From Rubripirellula sp. (GTDB lineage Bacteria > Planctomycetota > Planctomycetia > Pirellulales > Pirellulaceae): 64,000 bases of DNA. Under the pieces are notes generated by a model. The model had not been told where the DNA came from, did no database searches, and saw nothing but the letters and a program-made list of their open reading frames with translations. The position numbers and the translations under genes are program-made. The stretch covers positions 320,001 through 384,000 of the forward strand of contig OZ244207.1 in NCBI GenBank assembly GCA_965216875.1, in the 5' to 3' direction. The number at the start of each line of letters is the position of its first letter. Positions within the stretch are counted from its first letter, which is position 1. Below are positions 22,044 to 33,362 of the stretch, piece by piece.

Positions 22044-24553
22044 CAGTGATTGAACATGAATTCTTTGGAATTGACCAATCCCCAAACCACGTCCTCGTAA
22101 GCTTGGCGGCGATCCTCCTTGCCTTGGACATACTTAACGGTTGCAGTGAGTTCTTCGTTGCGCGGCGATCGGCTGAAAGCGATCAAGTAGAGCTCGCGAA
22201 CCTTGTCTTCGTCGCTGCGCGGGTCGGAGGCCATCGATGCTGCGCGTCCATCGTCGGTCGATAGCTTGGCCTGCATCTCTTCCGAATTGAGCAGGTGCAA
22301 GCTTTGCGCGAGGTTGGCTTCCTGTGATCGTTCGCATTCGCAGGCGGTGCGCGCGTCGGGCTTTCCGAAGACATCAAGGAAGTAGGAACTGAACCCGGAG
22401 TCGGGCAGTTCAATCGCTCGTGTTCCGGCGGGCAAGCCTGCAAAGCTCGTGCGGCTTGACGCAACACGGTCCACTGCGTCGAGCAAGACTTCGGCGTTGA
22501 GACGTTTGGGATAGAAACGCGAATGACTGCGCCGGTCGGCGAGGTTGCCATCAGCAGCCTCGCTGGACGAACCGTACACGCGCGAGTTGCAAATCAGACG
22601 CACAAGATCCTTCAGGTCGTAACTCGATTCGACGAGCGAAGTCGCCATCGCGTCGAGTAACTCGGGATTAGAAGGAGGGTTGGTCACGCGCATGTCGTCT
22701 TCCGGTTCGACGATGCCGCGGCCCAGGAAGTGTTTCCAGTATCGATTGGCGAGTGAACGGGCAAAGAACGGATTGTTCGGGTTGGTCATCCAGTCGGCCA
22801 AGTGCTTTCGCGGGTCATCGGTCGTCGCGATCGCAAGCTCGCCGCCATCGAGTCCGGCTGGCTTCAAACCCTGTCTGGTTTTTGGATGGGGGGCCGATGC
22901 ACCTCCAACGCGAGAAATGAATCGCGGCTCGTTCTTGTCCGCCACATCCTTCTTGCTCACCAGCGTGAAGAAGGCGGACATTTGTGCGTAGTTCTTTTGG
23001 CTCCACTTTTCGTACGGGTGATGATGACACCGCGCACATTGAATGCGTTGCCCTAAGAAGAGCTGAGCGACATCTTCGACGCGTTGGTTGGTGTCGGGGA
23101 CTTGGCGAAGCCACGCGACTGCTGGGTTGCTTGCGACCGTGCCGGAAGCGGTGACCAGTTCACGGACCAATTGGTCGTACGGTTTGTTGACACGAAAACT
23201 CTCTTTCAACCAGCGGTGAAACGCCAGCGTGCTCAATTGCAAATTGCCGCCGTCACGCGAGTTGCGCAGGATGCCGCTCCATTTTTGAGCGAAGAAGCTT
23301 GCGTAGTCATCGCTATCAAGTAAGCGATCGACAAGCAGCGCTCGCTTGTCCCCGCGAGCGTCGTCAACAAACTCATTGACTTCGGCAAGCGTCGGTAACC
23401 GGCCAGCGATGTCGAGTGTGGTGCGCCGGATAAAGGTCGCGTCGTCACATGGAGGTGCGGGGGGAATGCCCAGTGATTTAAGTTTGGCGTAGACCTTTTC
23501 GTCGATCACGTTGTTTGGTTTTGGCCACTGCTCGTCGGTCCAATCGTTAGTGGCGCCGAGCGGTATGTCGGCTCGAAAGACCGTCACCTGTCCTTGAAAC
23601 CGAGCCATCACGGCGACATCGCCAAACATCTTTTCGAGTTTGACCAAGCCGTTTGGTGTCACGTCAGCCATTTCCGAATCATTCGACTCGTAGACCGCAG
23701 CGCCGGTGATGTCTTCGGTCGATCCGTCGGCATAGGTGGCAACGACTGAAAGTTGTTGCGTCGCACTCGCTTCGAGTCGGCGTTGTTTCGGAAACACGTC
23801 GATCGAAACGACTTCGTTGGCCGCTTCGCCCTTCTGCATGCCGGTGGCGATCCAACGCCGCAGCATACGATACTCGTGTGAGTCTTTCTCGAGTCGTTGG
23901 CCGCCACCATGGGGCGACGCGTTGATGGCTTTGGTCAGTAAAAGACTCTCGTCGGGCGAAGCTGGCGAAAGTCGACGTCCGCGTGATTCGACCACCAGAT
24001 GCTCGTAGTCTTCTTGTGGTTCGAAGCCAAGCAGCGAAAGTCGAAAGCCGTTTTGCCCTGCAATCTTGCCATGGCAGCCACCGCCGTTACAGCCCAACTT
24101 GGTAAAGATGGGGACGATCTGGCCGGCGAAGCTTGGTGGCACTTGGTGCCCAACGCCAGTCACTTCGATCGTGGTCGCGGCTTGCGTGCCTTGGTCGTCG
24201 ATCGCGGTGATTTGAACCGTGCCATCGGCGATCGGCGTTACCATCGCGGAGTCGATGCTGACGATTCCGCTGGGTTCCGTTTTGAATTCGACCTTGTGTG
24301 TCCAATCACGCAGATGGCCTGGTTCGAATTCGGCGGTGACGATCAATTGAAGCCGCGCGTCACGACCACGAAGCGTGCGCTCGAGCCCCTTGGGTTGCTC
24401 GTCGGTTGTCTCGGCAACGCCATTCTCAATTCGAAGCGACGAGGGTTTTTCAGCCTGCGCCGTCGCTGCACCATGGGATGTCATTGCCCCGATGAATAAC
24501 GCCATCACGCAATGGTTCGCGAAACGCAATGGCGTTCGACAAAGCAACGTCAT
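22043..24553 (-). CDS. DUF1549/DUF1553 protein with Ig-like (Big_2) domains
   Basis: GCNGGGCHG, FIRRTTLDIAGRLPT, IQCARCHHHPYEKW, NPFFARSLANRYW, PPSNPELLD, CECER, LVNSKEFMFNH. Start moved to 24553 because the track's extension runs through a REP. Confidence 0.88.
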   Translation of the reverse strand: MTLLCRTPLRFANHCVMALFIGAMTSHGAATAQAEKPSSLRIENGVAETTDEQPKGLERTLRGRDARLQLIVTAEFEPGHLRDWTHKVEFKTEPSGIVSIDSAMVTPIADGTVQITAIDDQGTQAATTIEVTGVGHQVPPSFAGQIVPIFTKLGCNGGGCHGKIAGQNGFRLSLLGFEPQEDYEHLVVESRGRRLSPASPDESLLLTKAINASPHGGGQRLEKDSHEYRMLRRWIATGMQKGEAANEVVSIDVFPKQRRLEASATQQLSVVATYADGSTEDITGAAVYESNDSEMADVTPNGLVKLEKMFGDVAVMARFQGQVTVFRADIPLGATNDWTDEQWPKPNNVIDEKVYAKLKSLGIPPAPPCDDATFIRRTTLDIAGRLPTLAEVNEFVDDARGDKRALLVDRLLDSDDYASFFAQKWSGILRNSRDGGNLQLSTLAFHRWLKESFRVNKPYDQLVRELVTASGTVASNPAVAWLRQVPDTNQRVEDVAQLFLGQRIQCARCHHHPYEKWSQKNYAQMSAFFTLVSKKDVADKNEPRFISRVGGASAPHPKTRQGLKPAGLDGGELAIATTDDPRKHLADWMTNPNNPFFARSLANRYWKHFLGRGIVEPEDDMRVTNPPSNPELLDAMATSLVESSYDLKDLVRLICNSRVYGSSSEAADGNLADRRSHSRFYPKRLNAEVLLDAVDRVASSRTSFAGLPAGTRAIELPDSGFSSYFLDVFGKPDARTACECERSQEANLAQSLHLLNSEEMQAKLSTDDGRAASMASDPRSDEDKVRELYLIAFSRSPRNEELTATVKYVQGKEDRRQAYEDVVWGLVNSKEFMFNH

Positions 24554-24628
24554 CAATACCAACTTGGTTGGAGAAACGAACGATTCCAATCTGGGAATGC
24601 GGGGGAAGGACTCTCGCAATGAAAACCA

Positions 24629-24674
24629 TTCCCTCCCCGGACTTTGCGTCCCAACCTCCCGCAAGCGGGAGGGG
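24629..24674. repeat. REP-like palindrome (CCCTCCCGCTTGCGGGAGGG family), inverted
   Basis: ttccctccccggactttgcgtcccaacctcccgcaagcgggagggg, a near reverse complement of 11791-11836. Confidence 0.8.
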
Positions 24675-24695
24675 GATTTCTGGTGCGCAATCGGA

Positions 24696-26042
24696 TTACG
24701 AAACCAGTTCGCTGATAGGTGGGTGATCAACTAAGTATTGCGGGCGACCGGTTGGATCCGGGATCGTGACCGTGGCGGTATCGATCCCCAAGTTGTGATA
24801 GAGGGTCGCCATGATCTCTTGCATGTGAACCGGACGGTTTGCCGGTTCTTCGCCCATGCGGTTGGTCGACCCGATCGCTTGTCCCGTGTTCATTCCGCCA
24901 CCGGCAAGGTAGGCGCAGCTCACGCGAGTCCAGTGGTCGCGACCAGCGTTCTTGTTGATCTTGGGTGTGCGTCCGAATTCGCCCCAAACCGCGATCGTCA
25001 CGTCATCAAGCATGCCGCGCTGATCAAGGTCTTCGATCAAGGCACTGAGTGCTTGATCGAGCTTGCCGCCGTGGTCTCGGACCAAATCAAAGTTCTGGCC
25101 GTGACTGTCCCAACGACCGAAACTGAGGCTGACAACACGGCAACCGGCTTCGATCAGTCGTCTTGCGATCAGAAGATGATCGTTGCACGTCGGGGCGCCG
25201 TCGTATTGGTAGTTGTAGGGTTTGCCGTCGCCGTAGCGCTCGACGATCTTCGGATCTTCTTTGCTCAAGTCGAGGGCGTCGACCATCTTGCTGCTGGTCA
25301 GGACGTCGAGGGCCCGTTTGCCAAAGGCATCCATTCCCTCCATCGTTCCGGTGATGTCGATGTCGCGACGCATCGTGTCGATTTGACCAAGCAGCTTGCG
25401 ACGGTCGGCAAGACGATCAAGGGTGATGCCATTGAGCGTCATGTTCTTCATGCCCTCGCCATCAGGCTTGAAGGGAGCATACGCCGAACCGAGGAAACCA
25501 GGTGTGCCTGAATCAGACCAAGGCACATGTTTCGTTTTGGCCGCCAATCCGACATAGGGTGGCACGGAGGGATCCACCGGACCGTAAAGTTTTGAAACGG
25601 CACTGCCGAGTGCGGGGCGTCCGCCAACACTGCGCAGGTCGTTTTTGTTCCAACCTGTCATGCATTGAAACGCCTCGTGACCGCCGCTGCATCCAACGAC
25701 GCTGCGAATCACTGCGGCTTTGTCCATCAGACCGGCAAGCTTCGGAAAGACTTCGCAGATCTCGATGCCGGGAACGTTTGTCTTGATCGGACTGAACTCG
25801 CCGCGAACTTCGCTCGGCGCGTCCGACTTGATTTCCCACATGTCCTGGTGAGGCGGTCCGCCGGCCAGGAAAATGTTGATGAGTGATTTCTGTGGTTTGG
25901 AATCTCCACTGGCTGCTTCGGCACGAAGCAAATCGGCGAGCGTGAAGCCGCCGACGCCAAAGGACAGACCACCAACTTTCAAGAAACCGCGTCGCGACAC
26001 TCCGTCGCAGAAACGGCTCGCTGGGCCAAGGATCGACAACAT
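24696..26042 (-). CDS. DUF1501 family protein (Tat-like N-terminus)
   Basis: [49 protein letters not shown]. Confidence 0.9.
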   Translation of the reverse strand: MLSILGPASRFCDGVSRRGFLKVGGLSFGVGGFTLADLLRAEAASGDSKPQKSLINIFLAGGPPHQDMWEIKSDAPSEVRGEFSPIKTNVPGIEICEVFPKLAGLMDKAAVIRSVVGCSGGHEAFQCMTGWNKNDLRSVGGRPALGSAVSKLYGPVDPSVPPYVGLAAKTKHVPWSDSGTPGFLGSAYAPFKPDGEGMKNMTLNGITLDRLADRRKLLGQIDTMRRDIDITGTMEGMDAFGKRALDVLTSSKMVDALDLSKEDPKIVERYGDGKPYNYQYDGAPTCNDHLLIARRLIEAGCRVVSLSFGRWDSHGQNFDLVRDHGGKLDQALSALIEDLDQRGMLDDVTIAVWGEFGRTPKINKNAGRDHWTRVSCAYLAGGGMNTGQAIGSTNRMGEEPANRPVHMQEIMATLYHNLGIDTATVTIPDPTGRPQYLVDHPPISELVS

Positions 26043-26213
26043 AGCAATCGCCGAAATTGAGGAAGGGATGGTGAGGCGGGCAACCGATGGTCGTTCGAAT
26101 TCCGTCGACCGACTAAGGGTTGTGAGATACCCATCGTAGCCCAACGAGTGCGCTTCCGGCAAGCTTTCCTCCCACGACCCACCCCGAAAGAGGGTTGCGC
26201 CTGTTCACCGGTC

Positions 26214-26417
26214 GTGAGCCGTACGCGCCAGCGTCGCGGATCGGGTTGCGGACAATCACCCTCCCGCTTGCGGGACGGTCGGACGCAAAGTCCGGGGAGG
26301 GAACGGTTTTTTCAAAACAAACCGTCTGCGGGCCTTAGGGCCCGACGCTAGCGCGGTGGGTGCACGGGGTGAGCCGGCGGGCGAGCAGATTCCGGCGAAA
26401 GCTCGGTACTACAAACG
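26214..26417. repeat. Mixed REP cluster (GAGCCG-, CCCTCCCGC- and GTAGTACC-type units)
   Basis: gagccgtacgcgccagcgtc; ccctcccgcttgcgggacggtcggacgcaaagtccggggaggg (26258-26303); ggcccgacgctagcgcgg; aaagctcggtactac. Confidence 0.7.
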
Positions 26418-26418
26418 A

Positions 26419-27357
26419 CTAACCGCGAGGGACGCTTGCTTCGCGCATGGCGACCGAAAGGTGCTGGAAGCTTGAATTGAGCGCTGCGATTGGGTCGTAA
26501 CCGGGCTTGCGCCAGATTTGCGAGCTTACTTCGACGCAAATGTCGCCGCGGTAACCGCCTTGATAAAAGAGGCGGAAGAGTTTGGCGTAGTCGATCGTCT
26601 TGGCTCCGCCTGGCAAATCGAATCGAACACCCGAGTCGGTTTCGACGGCGTCTTTGACGGCGATCCCGCCGGTGATGGAAAGTGATTGTTGGACCATTTG
26701 GTCCATGGGCAGATCACGAAACGCAAAATGGCTGTAGTCGAACCACATGCTTAGCCGTTTGGGTTTGCCGAGTTCCGCCAGGACCCATGCAGCCTCGCTT
26801 GGTTTGGTCATCGCGTGACCACGATGTGGCTTGAAGGCAATGTTGGTTTCGGTTTCGTCGGCGACTTTGACCCAATCGGCCAATCTCTCGACGCAAAGTT
26901 GGTCGACTTCGCCCCAGTTCTTGCCCCCCAATACCGTTTGCACCGTTGGCGGGGCATCGGGGGCAAGGTCGTGAGCAAGCTCGCAGGCACGCTTCAACCG
27001 CTCGACATCCTTTTTGTGCTGTCCTTCGGTTCCGATCGGTCGCAGGTTGGCCAACAGTGAAGTCAACCGCAGCGACTTGTCCTTCAGAAAGCCGCTGACC
27101 TTCTTGCGTCGGTCTGCCGTCAGATTCTCGGGAGATGAATCGCGATCGGGAAGGATACAGATTTCAATACTGTTGTATCCGACCGAAGCGACTGCGGTGA
27201 TCGCAGCTTCGAGTGAGTGCTTGGGCAAACCATAGGTGCCAAATCCGAGGGAACATTTCGCCGGATCGCTTGCGGCGTGTGCTTGGTTGGGAGCCAAGAG
27301 AGCAGCGACGGCCGTCGCAGAAAGTGTGCACAAGGCACTGCGTCGGTTGGGCATCAT
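26419..27357 (-). CDS. Sugar phosphate isomerase/epimerase (xylose isomerase-like TIM barrel), Tat-type signal
   Basis: NRRSAL signal; GYNSIEI, FKPH, FDYSHF, VKD, GYRGDICVEVS. Confidence 0.8.
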   Translation of the reverse strand: MMPNRRSALCTLSATAVAALLAPNQAHAASDPAKCSLGFGTYGLPKHSLEAAITAVASVGYNSIEICILPDRDSSPENLTADRRKKVSGFLKDKSLRLTSLLANLRPIGTEGQHKKDVERLKRACELAHDLAPDAPPTVQTVLGGKNWGEVDQLCVERLADWVKVADETETNIAFKPHRGHAMTKPSEAAWVLAELGKPKRLSMWFDYSHFAFRDLPMDQMVQQSLSITGGIAVKDAVETDSGVRFDLPGGAKTIDYAKLFRLFYQGGYRGDICVEVSSQIWRKPGYDPIAALNSSFQHLSVAMREASVPRG

Positions 27358-27638
27358 CGGTAGGCGCTTTGGGGGAGTTCGGGGCAAGTTGACTCCATTC
27401 TATTTGACTTGTGATTCCCCTGCCAATCGCAGAATCTTGGTCAGAAGAGTTTCACGCCGCTCGGTAACGATGCCAAACGTTTTCAACGAAAAACGCGCGG
27501 CTTTCATCGCGATCGTTTCGAACCCCATTTTTTGAGGTCTCTGACACGCCAATTGCGAATGTGAAGCAGCCGAGAACGCTAAGCTAGTCTTAGCAATCTT
27601 GTCTTGTGTTGTGAAACAAACTCTTCGGAATCAAATCG

Positions 27639-29129
27639 ATGGCGGTTGTCCTCGCGTTCGATCAGGGAACGACAAGTTCTCGCGCAATCCTATTCGATCA
27701 GTCGCGCGCGATTCTTGGCGTCGCGCAAAAGGAATTCACTCAGCACTATCCCGAGCCAGGTTGGGTCGAACACGACGCCAACGAAATTTGGTCGACCCAA
27801 TTAGCTGTCGGGCAAGAAGTGCTAGAACAGACGGGGATTTCAGCAAACGATGTTGCCGCAATAGGGATCACCAACCAGCGTGAAACGACGGTCCTTTGGG
27901 ATCGCAAGACGGGCAAGCCGATCTTCAACGCGATTGTTTGGCAGGATCGGCGTACGGCCGGAATGTGCAAAGCGATGTCGGGGCACATCAATGCGGTCCA
28001 AGAGAAAACCGGCTTGCTGATCGATTCCTACTTTTGCGCAACCAAAATCAAGTGGTTGCTCGAAAACGTGGATGGGGCACGTGACAAAGCGGAGCGTTGC
28101 GAGTTGGCGTTCGGGACGATCGACAGTTGGCTGATTTGGAACTTGACCGGCGGGCGCGTTCATGCGACGGATGTCACGAACGCGTCACGCACGATGTTGA
28201 TGAATTTACATACCTGCCAGTGGGACGACGATCTGCTTGACCTGTTTGGCATTCCCAAATCGTTGTTGCCGGAAATCAAACCATCGAGTCATCGATACGG
28301 AAAAAGTGACGCAAACCTGCTCGGCTCCGAAATCACGATTGGCGGTGCGGCTGGCGATCAGCAATCAGCGTTGTTCGGTCAGAACTGTACCGAAAACGGA
28401 ATGGCCAAAAACACATACGGAACAGGCTGCTTTTTGTTGATGAATGTCGGGCAGTCTCCACCGCTGTCCAAATCGAAACTGCTCACGACGGTTGCCTGCA
28501 GTACTGGCGGCCCCACCCAATACGCTCTTGAAGGCAGCGTGTTCATTGGGGGCGCGACCGTGCAGTGGTTACGAGACGGACTGGGAATCATCAAATCTTC
28601 CGAAGAGGTCGAGGCGCTGGCTCGTAGTGTTCCCGATAGTGGCGGCGTTTACCTCGTCCCCGCGTTCGCTGGTCTCGGCGCACCTCACTGGGACCCGTAC
28701 GCGCGCGGAGCGATGATTGGGATCACACGTGGAACGAATCAAGGGCACATCGCGAGGGCTGCGCTCGAAGCCATCGCGTTCCAAGTCGCCGATGTTCTCG
28801 AAGCGATGAAAACGGATTCGGGCATTGCAATCGAACAGTTGCGTGTCGATGGTGGCGCGTGCGCGAACAATCTGCTCATGCAATTCCAGGCTGACATTCT
28901 GCAGGTTCCAGTGGTGCGCCCGAAGGTGATCGAAACGACAGCGCTCGGGGCGGCATTGCTCGCGGGTCTGTCGGTCGGAGTCTGGACGGGCGATGATGCC
29001 TTTGACGACTCATCAGCTGATGCGATCATCGACAAACGGTTTGAACCGGCCATGTCACAGAGAGAAGTGGACGCGCGTCGCGAGCGATGGCACGATGCGC
29101 TTCAGCGATCACGCGAGTGGGCAACATGA
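27639..29129 (+). CDS. glpK: Glycerol kinase
   Basis: [68 protein letters not shown]. Confidence 0.97.
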   Translation: MAVVLAFDQGTTSSRAILFDQSRAILGVAQKEFTQHYPEPGWVEHDANEIWSTQLAVGQEVLEQTGISANDVAAIGITNQRETTVLWDRKTGKPIFNAIVWQDRRTAGMCKAMSGHINAVQEKTGLLIDSYFCATKIKWLLENVDGARDKAERCELAFGTIDSWLIWNLTGGRVHATDVTNASRTMLMNLHTCQWDDDLLDLFGIPKSLLPEIKPSSHRYGKSDANLLGSEITIGGAAGDQQSALFGQNCTENGMAKNTYGTGCFLLMNVGQSPPLSKSKLLTTVACSTGGPTQYALEGSVFIGGATVQWLRDGLGIIKSSEEVEALARSVPDSGGVYLVPAFAGLGAPHWDPYARGAMIGITRGTNQGHIARAALEAIAFQVADVLEAMKTDSGIAIEQLRVDGGACANNLLMQFQADILQVPVVRPKVIETTALGAALLAGLSVGVWTGDDAFDDSSADAIIDKRFEPAMSQREVDARRERWHDALQRSREWAT

Positions 29130-30721
29130 ATTCGCAATCGAATCCGTTTACGCGGGAAGCCGGTCTGCAGCGTCTCGAAGCACGCCAACAACCTTGGGAC
29201 GTGATCGTGATTGGTGGCGGTGCCACCGGAGTCGGCATCGCACTCGACGCAGCGTCGAGAGAGTTGGATGTGTTGCTGGTCGAACAGAGCGACTTTGGCA
29301 AAGGAACGTCAAGCCGCAGCACGAAGCTCGTTCACGGTGGTGTTCGGTATCTCAAGCAAGGCAACCTGACACTTGTCCGCGATGCGCTGCGCGAGAGAGC
29401 GTTGCTAAAACGGAACGCCCCTCACCTGGTTCACGACCTCTCTTTTTTGATCCCGTGCGCCTCACGCTGGGAGCGTTTCTTTTATGGGACAGGACTCAAA
29501 CTCTACGATTTCTTGGCATGGGGGGACGAATTCGGAACGTCTGCTGCGGTGCCCAAGCAAAAGGCGATTGACCTTGCGCCGTCGATCAACCCACAAGGGT
29601 TACACGGAGGTGTGCTTTATCACGATGGACAATTCGATGACGCGCGGTTGCTGATCAACATGGCGCGCACCGCCAGCGACCACGGCGCTTGCCTGTTGAA
29701 TTATGTTGCCGCCAAAGGGCTCATGAAGACAAGCGACGGATGCGTTTGTGGTGTCGAAATGGAGGATGCCGAAAGTGGACGCACCTTCGAAGCGAAGGCT
29801 CGTTCGGTCGTCAACGCAGCAGGTCCGTTCTGTGACGCGGTGCGCGAACTTGACCAGCCCGATGGGGAAAAGATGCTGTCGGTCAGTCAAGGCGTCCACC
29901 TTGTTGTCCAGCGCAAGCACTTTCCGTCCGACGTCGCGTTGATGGTCCCCAAGACTTCCGATGGACGAGTCATCTTCATCATTCCGTGGCATGACCATGT
30001 CTTGATCGGGACGACCGACACCGAGATCGATCGACCGGAGCTCGAGCCCCGTTCTTTCCCGCAGGAGATCGAGTTCCTGCTGGAAACGAGTTCACGCTTT
30101 TTGGCTTCGCCCCTTTCGAGGGCTGATGTGCGGAGCGTGTTCGTGGGCATTCGACCTTTGGTCAAAGGCGATCGTTCCGCAAAGACAGCGTCTCTTTCGC
30201 GGGACCATGTCATCAGGGAATCGGATTCGGGATTGATCACCATCGCAGGTGGGAAATGGACGACCGTTCGCAAGATGAGCGAAGACTGTGTCGATCATGT
30301 CGTGAAACAAAAAGGGCTTCACGCCAAGCCTTGCCAAACCGAATCGCTCAAGATTCATGGAAGCGTGCCGGAAGGCGAACTGCCTGTTGGTCCACGAGCC
30401 TACTATGGCAGCGACTTGAAGCAGATCGAAGCGATGGAAGCGACCGATCCTGGTTTGTCCGGAGCGATTGTGCACGGACTGCCGCTGAGCCGCAGCGACG
30501 TGCGTTGGGCGGTCCAGCAGGAAATGGCCAGGCAGGTCGAAGATGTGCTTGCCCGCCGCAGTCGAACGCTCGTGCTCGACAGCCAAGCTGCTCTCGCTGC
30601 GTCCGACGTGGTGGCACAGGAGATGGCAGCTTTGCTAAACAAAGATGCTGCATGGATCAGCCAGCAGCGTTGTGCATTTGAAGAGCTCGCCCTCAAATGC
30701 ACCTGCCCCAAAAACGCTTGA
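29126..30721 (+). CDS. glpD: FAD-dependent glycerol-3-phosphate dehydrogenase/oxidase
   Basis: [47 protein letters not shown] overlap with glpK. Confidence 0.93.
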   Translation: MNSQSNPFTREAGLQRLEARQQPWDVIVIGGGATGVGIALDAASRELDVLLVEQSDFGKGTSSRSTKLVHGGVRYLKQGNLTLVRDALRERALLKRNAPHLVHDLSFLIPCASRWERFFYGTGLKLYDFLAWGDEFGTSAAVPKQKAIDLAPSINPQGLHGGVLYHDGQFDDARLLINMARTASDHGACLLNYVAAKGLMKTSDGCVCGVEMEDAESGRTFEAKARSVVNAAGPFCDAVRELDQPDGEKMLSVSQGVHLVVQRKHFPSDVALMVPKTSDGRVIFIIPWHDHVLIGTTDTEIDRPELEPRSFPQEIEFLLETSSRFLASPLSRADVRSVFVGIRPLVKGDRSAKTASLSRDHVIRESDSGLITIAGGKWTTVRKMSEDCVDHVVKQKGLHAKPCQTESLKIHGSVPEGELPVGPRAYYGSDLKQIEAMEATDPGLSGAIVHGLPLSRSDVRWAVQQEMARQVEDVLARRSRTLVLDSQAALAASDVVAQEMAALLNKDAAWISQQRCAFEELALKCTCPKNA

Positions 30722-30872
30722 CAGGCCGAAAAAACAAACGCGCGGCCGATCTCCGAAACGCTCCCCGTGTGGAATGTTTCGAGCCCCAAGATCGCCGCGG
30801 CGTTCGTTAGCCCCATGAAGGCTAAAGCCTGTGCAGGCCAATGCCTTGTGCTGGACTAATGGGGGTATCGTC

Positions 30873-31547
30873 TTAGTTCTCTGCGGAACTTGCTACGTGT
30901 TTCCGCAATGTCGACAGCCCGTGGTAGCCAAACCGCATCAGCACGCGGTATTCCGTAGTTTTGGCGACCAATTCTGGCGTAGATTCCGCATCAAAGGATG
31001 ATAATAGCCGCGATCGTTCGATTTCGATTGTCCTTTGTGAGACATCAAGTTTGACAGCGATCGCCTTGCTGGGCAGGCCTTCGACGATCAAATCGAGGAC
31101 CCGGCGTTGCCGCTCGCTGGTCTTTGCCCAGCGGCGTTGGAGTTCCCGGTAGCGGTCGTAGATGTCGGTTTGACAGCGATCGTATTCAATCGCCTTTTCG
31201 ATGTACTGACGCAACATTCCAGGCTCGAACGGCTTTTCGAGCAGTGTGATGGCACCTTTCTCCATCACACGCACCGACGTTTCCACTGTCGCGGAATCCG
31301 AAATCACGATCATCGGAAGCGGATTGACGTGCTCGGCCAGTTGCCGATGCAGCTCGTCGCCGTTGAGCGACGGTTGTTTCATATCAACAATCAAACAGCC
31401 TGGGCGTCGAAAGGGTGCGTCAGCGAGAAACGCCTCCGAAGACGAATACGGGTGCGGCTGGCTCCCGTGTTCGGTCGCGATGGAGACCAACTCGTCGCGT
31501 TGTGCTGTCGAAGACTCGACAATGTAGACATGGCTTTGGGCGATCAT
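30873..31547 (-). CDS. FixJ/LuxR-family response regulator
   Basis: PGCLIVDMKQP, LPMIVIS, GAITLLEKPF; LuxR HTH LIVEGLPSKAIAVKLDVSQRTIE. Confidence 0.85.
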   Translation of the reverse strand: MIAQSHVYIVESSTAQRDELVSIATEHGSQPHPYSSSEAFLADAPFRRPGCLIVDMKQPSLNGDELHRQLAEHVNPLPMIVISDSATVETSVRVMEKGAITLLEKPFEPGMLRQYIEKAIEYDRCQTDIYDRYRELQRRWAKTSERQRRVLDLIVEGLPSKAIAVKLDVSQRTIEIERSRLLSSFDAESTPELVAKTTEYRVLMRFGYHGLSTLRKHVASSAEN

Positions 31548-31894
31548 GATCCCAGTGGTGCAGCCAACGATCTGATCAACTGTTTTGAAGCAGTTTGAAG
31601 GGCGATCAGCGGATGCGGTCCATCCCAAGAAGTTGATGACGAGCTCGTCGAGAGAATCACGTGACTGACTGATGAGTTCTCGTCGTTGACGGGCCGATCA
31701 TAGCACGGCATTTGCACCCTCGAAATAACAAGTATCATGCGGTTTACCAATCGCCATTACGGTAATCCGCAGAACAAAAACACCGCTATGGGTAAAGCCG
31801 AAACGACCTCACGTCGTTTTGAAGTTTGAGCCCGTTAGGTGACGTCAAAGGGGCGATCGAGCCCTCTCTTTTTAGACCTCAAATCGGAACGATC

Positions 31895-32371
31895 TTGGCT
31901 ATTCGAGAGAACGATCGAGAAGACCTTTTGCGTGACGCGGTCAACTTGCCCAACCGTGGTCAAGCGGTCATACGTGACGCTCAAGTCGTCGTCGGTTTCC
32001 GCGCCGCAAAACAAGCCAGCTTCTTCTTCGGAAGTGACCCCGTGTTTCAGTTCAACGCGGCGAAGCAATTGCGACGAGCCTACTTTGGCGGTGAGCGTCT
32101 CGCGGCGCGGGATGGCCAGCTCATGCGACTGGCCAAGCAATCCAGCGGCGGCCGATTGCAACTGCTGGAAACACCTCTCACCGAGGACGAACAGGCGTCC
32201 GCCCTGAAGGTCTTGCAGAAGTGGTTGGACGAGACGGAGAGGTCCTTTTGTTCAGACGCTTCCTCGTGGCAGGTCTGCGAAGAATCACCGGGGCAGTTTC
32301 TCGGCTTGGCGCGTCAATGGTTTGATGAGCTGGATGGTCACGTCGATATCGCAGACACACCCAACGCGTGA
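31895..32371 (+). CDS. Hypothetical protein
   Basis: Open frame (xAIRENDREDLLRDA...VGFR...DPVFQFN...LRRAY); start uncertain (TTG 31895 vs 31826). Confidence 0.6.
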   Translation: MAIRENDREDLLRDAVNLPNRGQAVIRDAQVVVGFRAAKQASFFFGSDPVFQFNAAKQLRRAYFGGERLAARDGQLMRLAKQSSGGRLQLLETPLTEDEQASALKVLQKWLDETERSFCSDASSWQVCEESPGQFLGLARQWFDELDGHVDIADTPNA

Positions 32372-32375
32372 TCTC

Positions 32376-32610
32376 GTAGGTCATGCTCCGCATGACAATC
32401 CTCAGGTGTCATGCACAGCATGACCTACCTTGGCTGACGCGATCGCGGGTTATCGGATGTTTGTTCTCTTCCCTCGTTCCAACGCTCCGCGTGGGAACGC
32501 ACTCTTCGGACGCTCCGCGTCCTCTTTATCTTGAGCCGTACGCGCTAGCGTCGGGCCTTACCATCGTCTTGCGTCTCTGGGAGAGGCCCGACGCTTACGC
32601 GTACCGCTCA
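32376..32610. repeat. Mixed REP cluster
   Basis: GTAG doublet gtaggtcatgctccgcatgaca...tgtcatgcacagcatgacctac (32376-32428); ctcgttccaacgctccgcgtgggaacgcactcttcggacgctccgcgtcctct (32473-32525; inverted copy 39801-39854); tgagccgtacgcgctagcgtcgggcc...ggcccgacgcttacgcgtaccgctca (32532-32610). Confidence 0.8.
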
Positions 32611-32836
32611 CAAGAATCACGGACGTTCGGGTTATGGGCAATGGAGTGGAAGGTCCGGCCGCTGACGCGATCACGGCTCACCGGATGAGAGAACCTCGCG
32701 CTATCGCGTTTCGGCTGATCGTAGGACGTCGCTGGGCAGAAACAGGCAAAGGACTCGTCAGGCCACGTTGTGCACGTTACCGTGTAGGCATCGGAAACGG
32801 GCGATCACGCTCATCAATTGAAGGAAGGATACAGCC

Positions 32837-33316
32837 GTGTTGGGACAATGGGTCGAAATTGAATTTGATTGTTTGCCGCTGCGAAGCGTGACGCGGCTAG
32901 ATGTCCCCGTTGATGCATCGCCGGTGTACGAACAATTTGTGTTGCGCGTCAAAGAGGCGATGGGACGCCATGGGACGCACAACACCTACTACCTGCATCG
33001 CGGTCGATGTTCGTACCATTTGACGAACGACCCGCAACGCGGCACCGTCAACTTTGCGTTTGAGGGAACGGTGATGACCGACACCACGGATCGCAAAACG
33101 AAAGGGCTCGAGATCAACGTCAAGCTCGATTCGGAGACTTGCAACTGGTTGAGCGAGCCGATTGTCGGTTTCTTGTCAGAAAGCGTGCAGCATGCCGTCC
33201 TGGTGGAGTTTGATCGCTACATCGAGGCGGGGGATCTTGAGAAGACCGAACAACGGATCAAAGAGATCCAAGACGAGAGCGACGCTGCCGGCGGATTTGT
33301 CGGTATGTACCTGTAA
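32837..33316 (+). CDS. Hypothetical protein
   Basis: 159-aa ORF with GAAGG-rich RBS upstream and globular composition; no motif recognised. Confidence 0.7.
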   Translation: MLGQWVEIEFDCLPLRSVTRLDVPVDASPVYEQFVLRVKEAMGRHGTHNTYYLHRGRCSYHLTNDPQRGTVNFAFEGTVMTDTTDRKTKGLEINVKLDSETCNWLSEPIVGFLSESVQHAVLVEFDRYIEAGDLEKTEQRIKEIQDESDAAGGFVGMYL

Positions 33317-33362
33317 TTCAATTGATTGACCTGATTGATCGCCAGCGGGAGACGAACCGGCA

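Noticed and set aside
31555..31630. Possible tRNA-Sec (minus-strand aactg-cttcaaa-acagtt resembles a UCA anticodon arm)
   Set aside because: The loop would be 8 nt, and no T-arm (GTTCRA), acceptor stem or long variable arm was found. selC was not seen anywhere in the window, including the selB-ftr gap.
32369..32400. TGA followed by a hairpin at the end of the 31895-32371 ORF as a further Sec site
   Set aside because: The hairpin belongs to a GTAG REP doublet, lacks the GUU loop, and an in-frame TAG follows after two codons.
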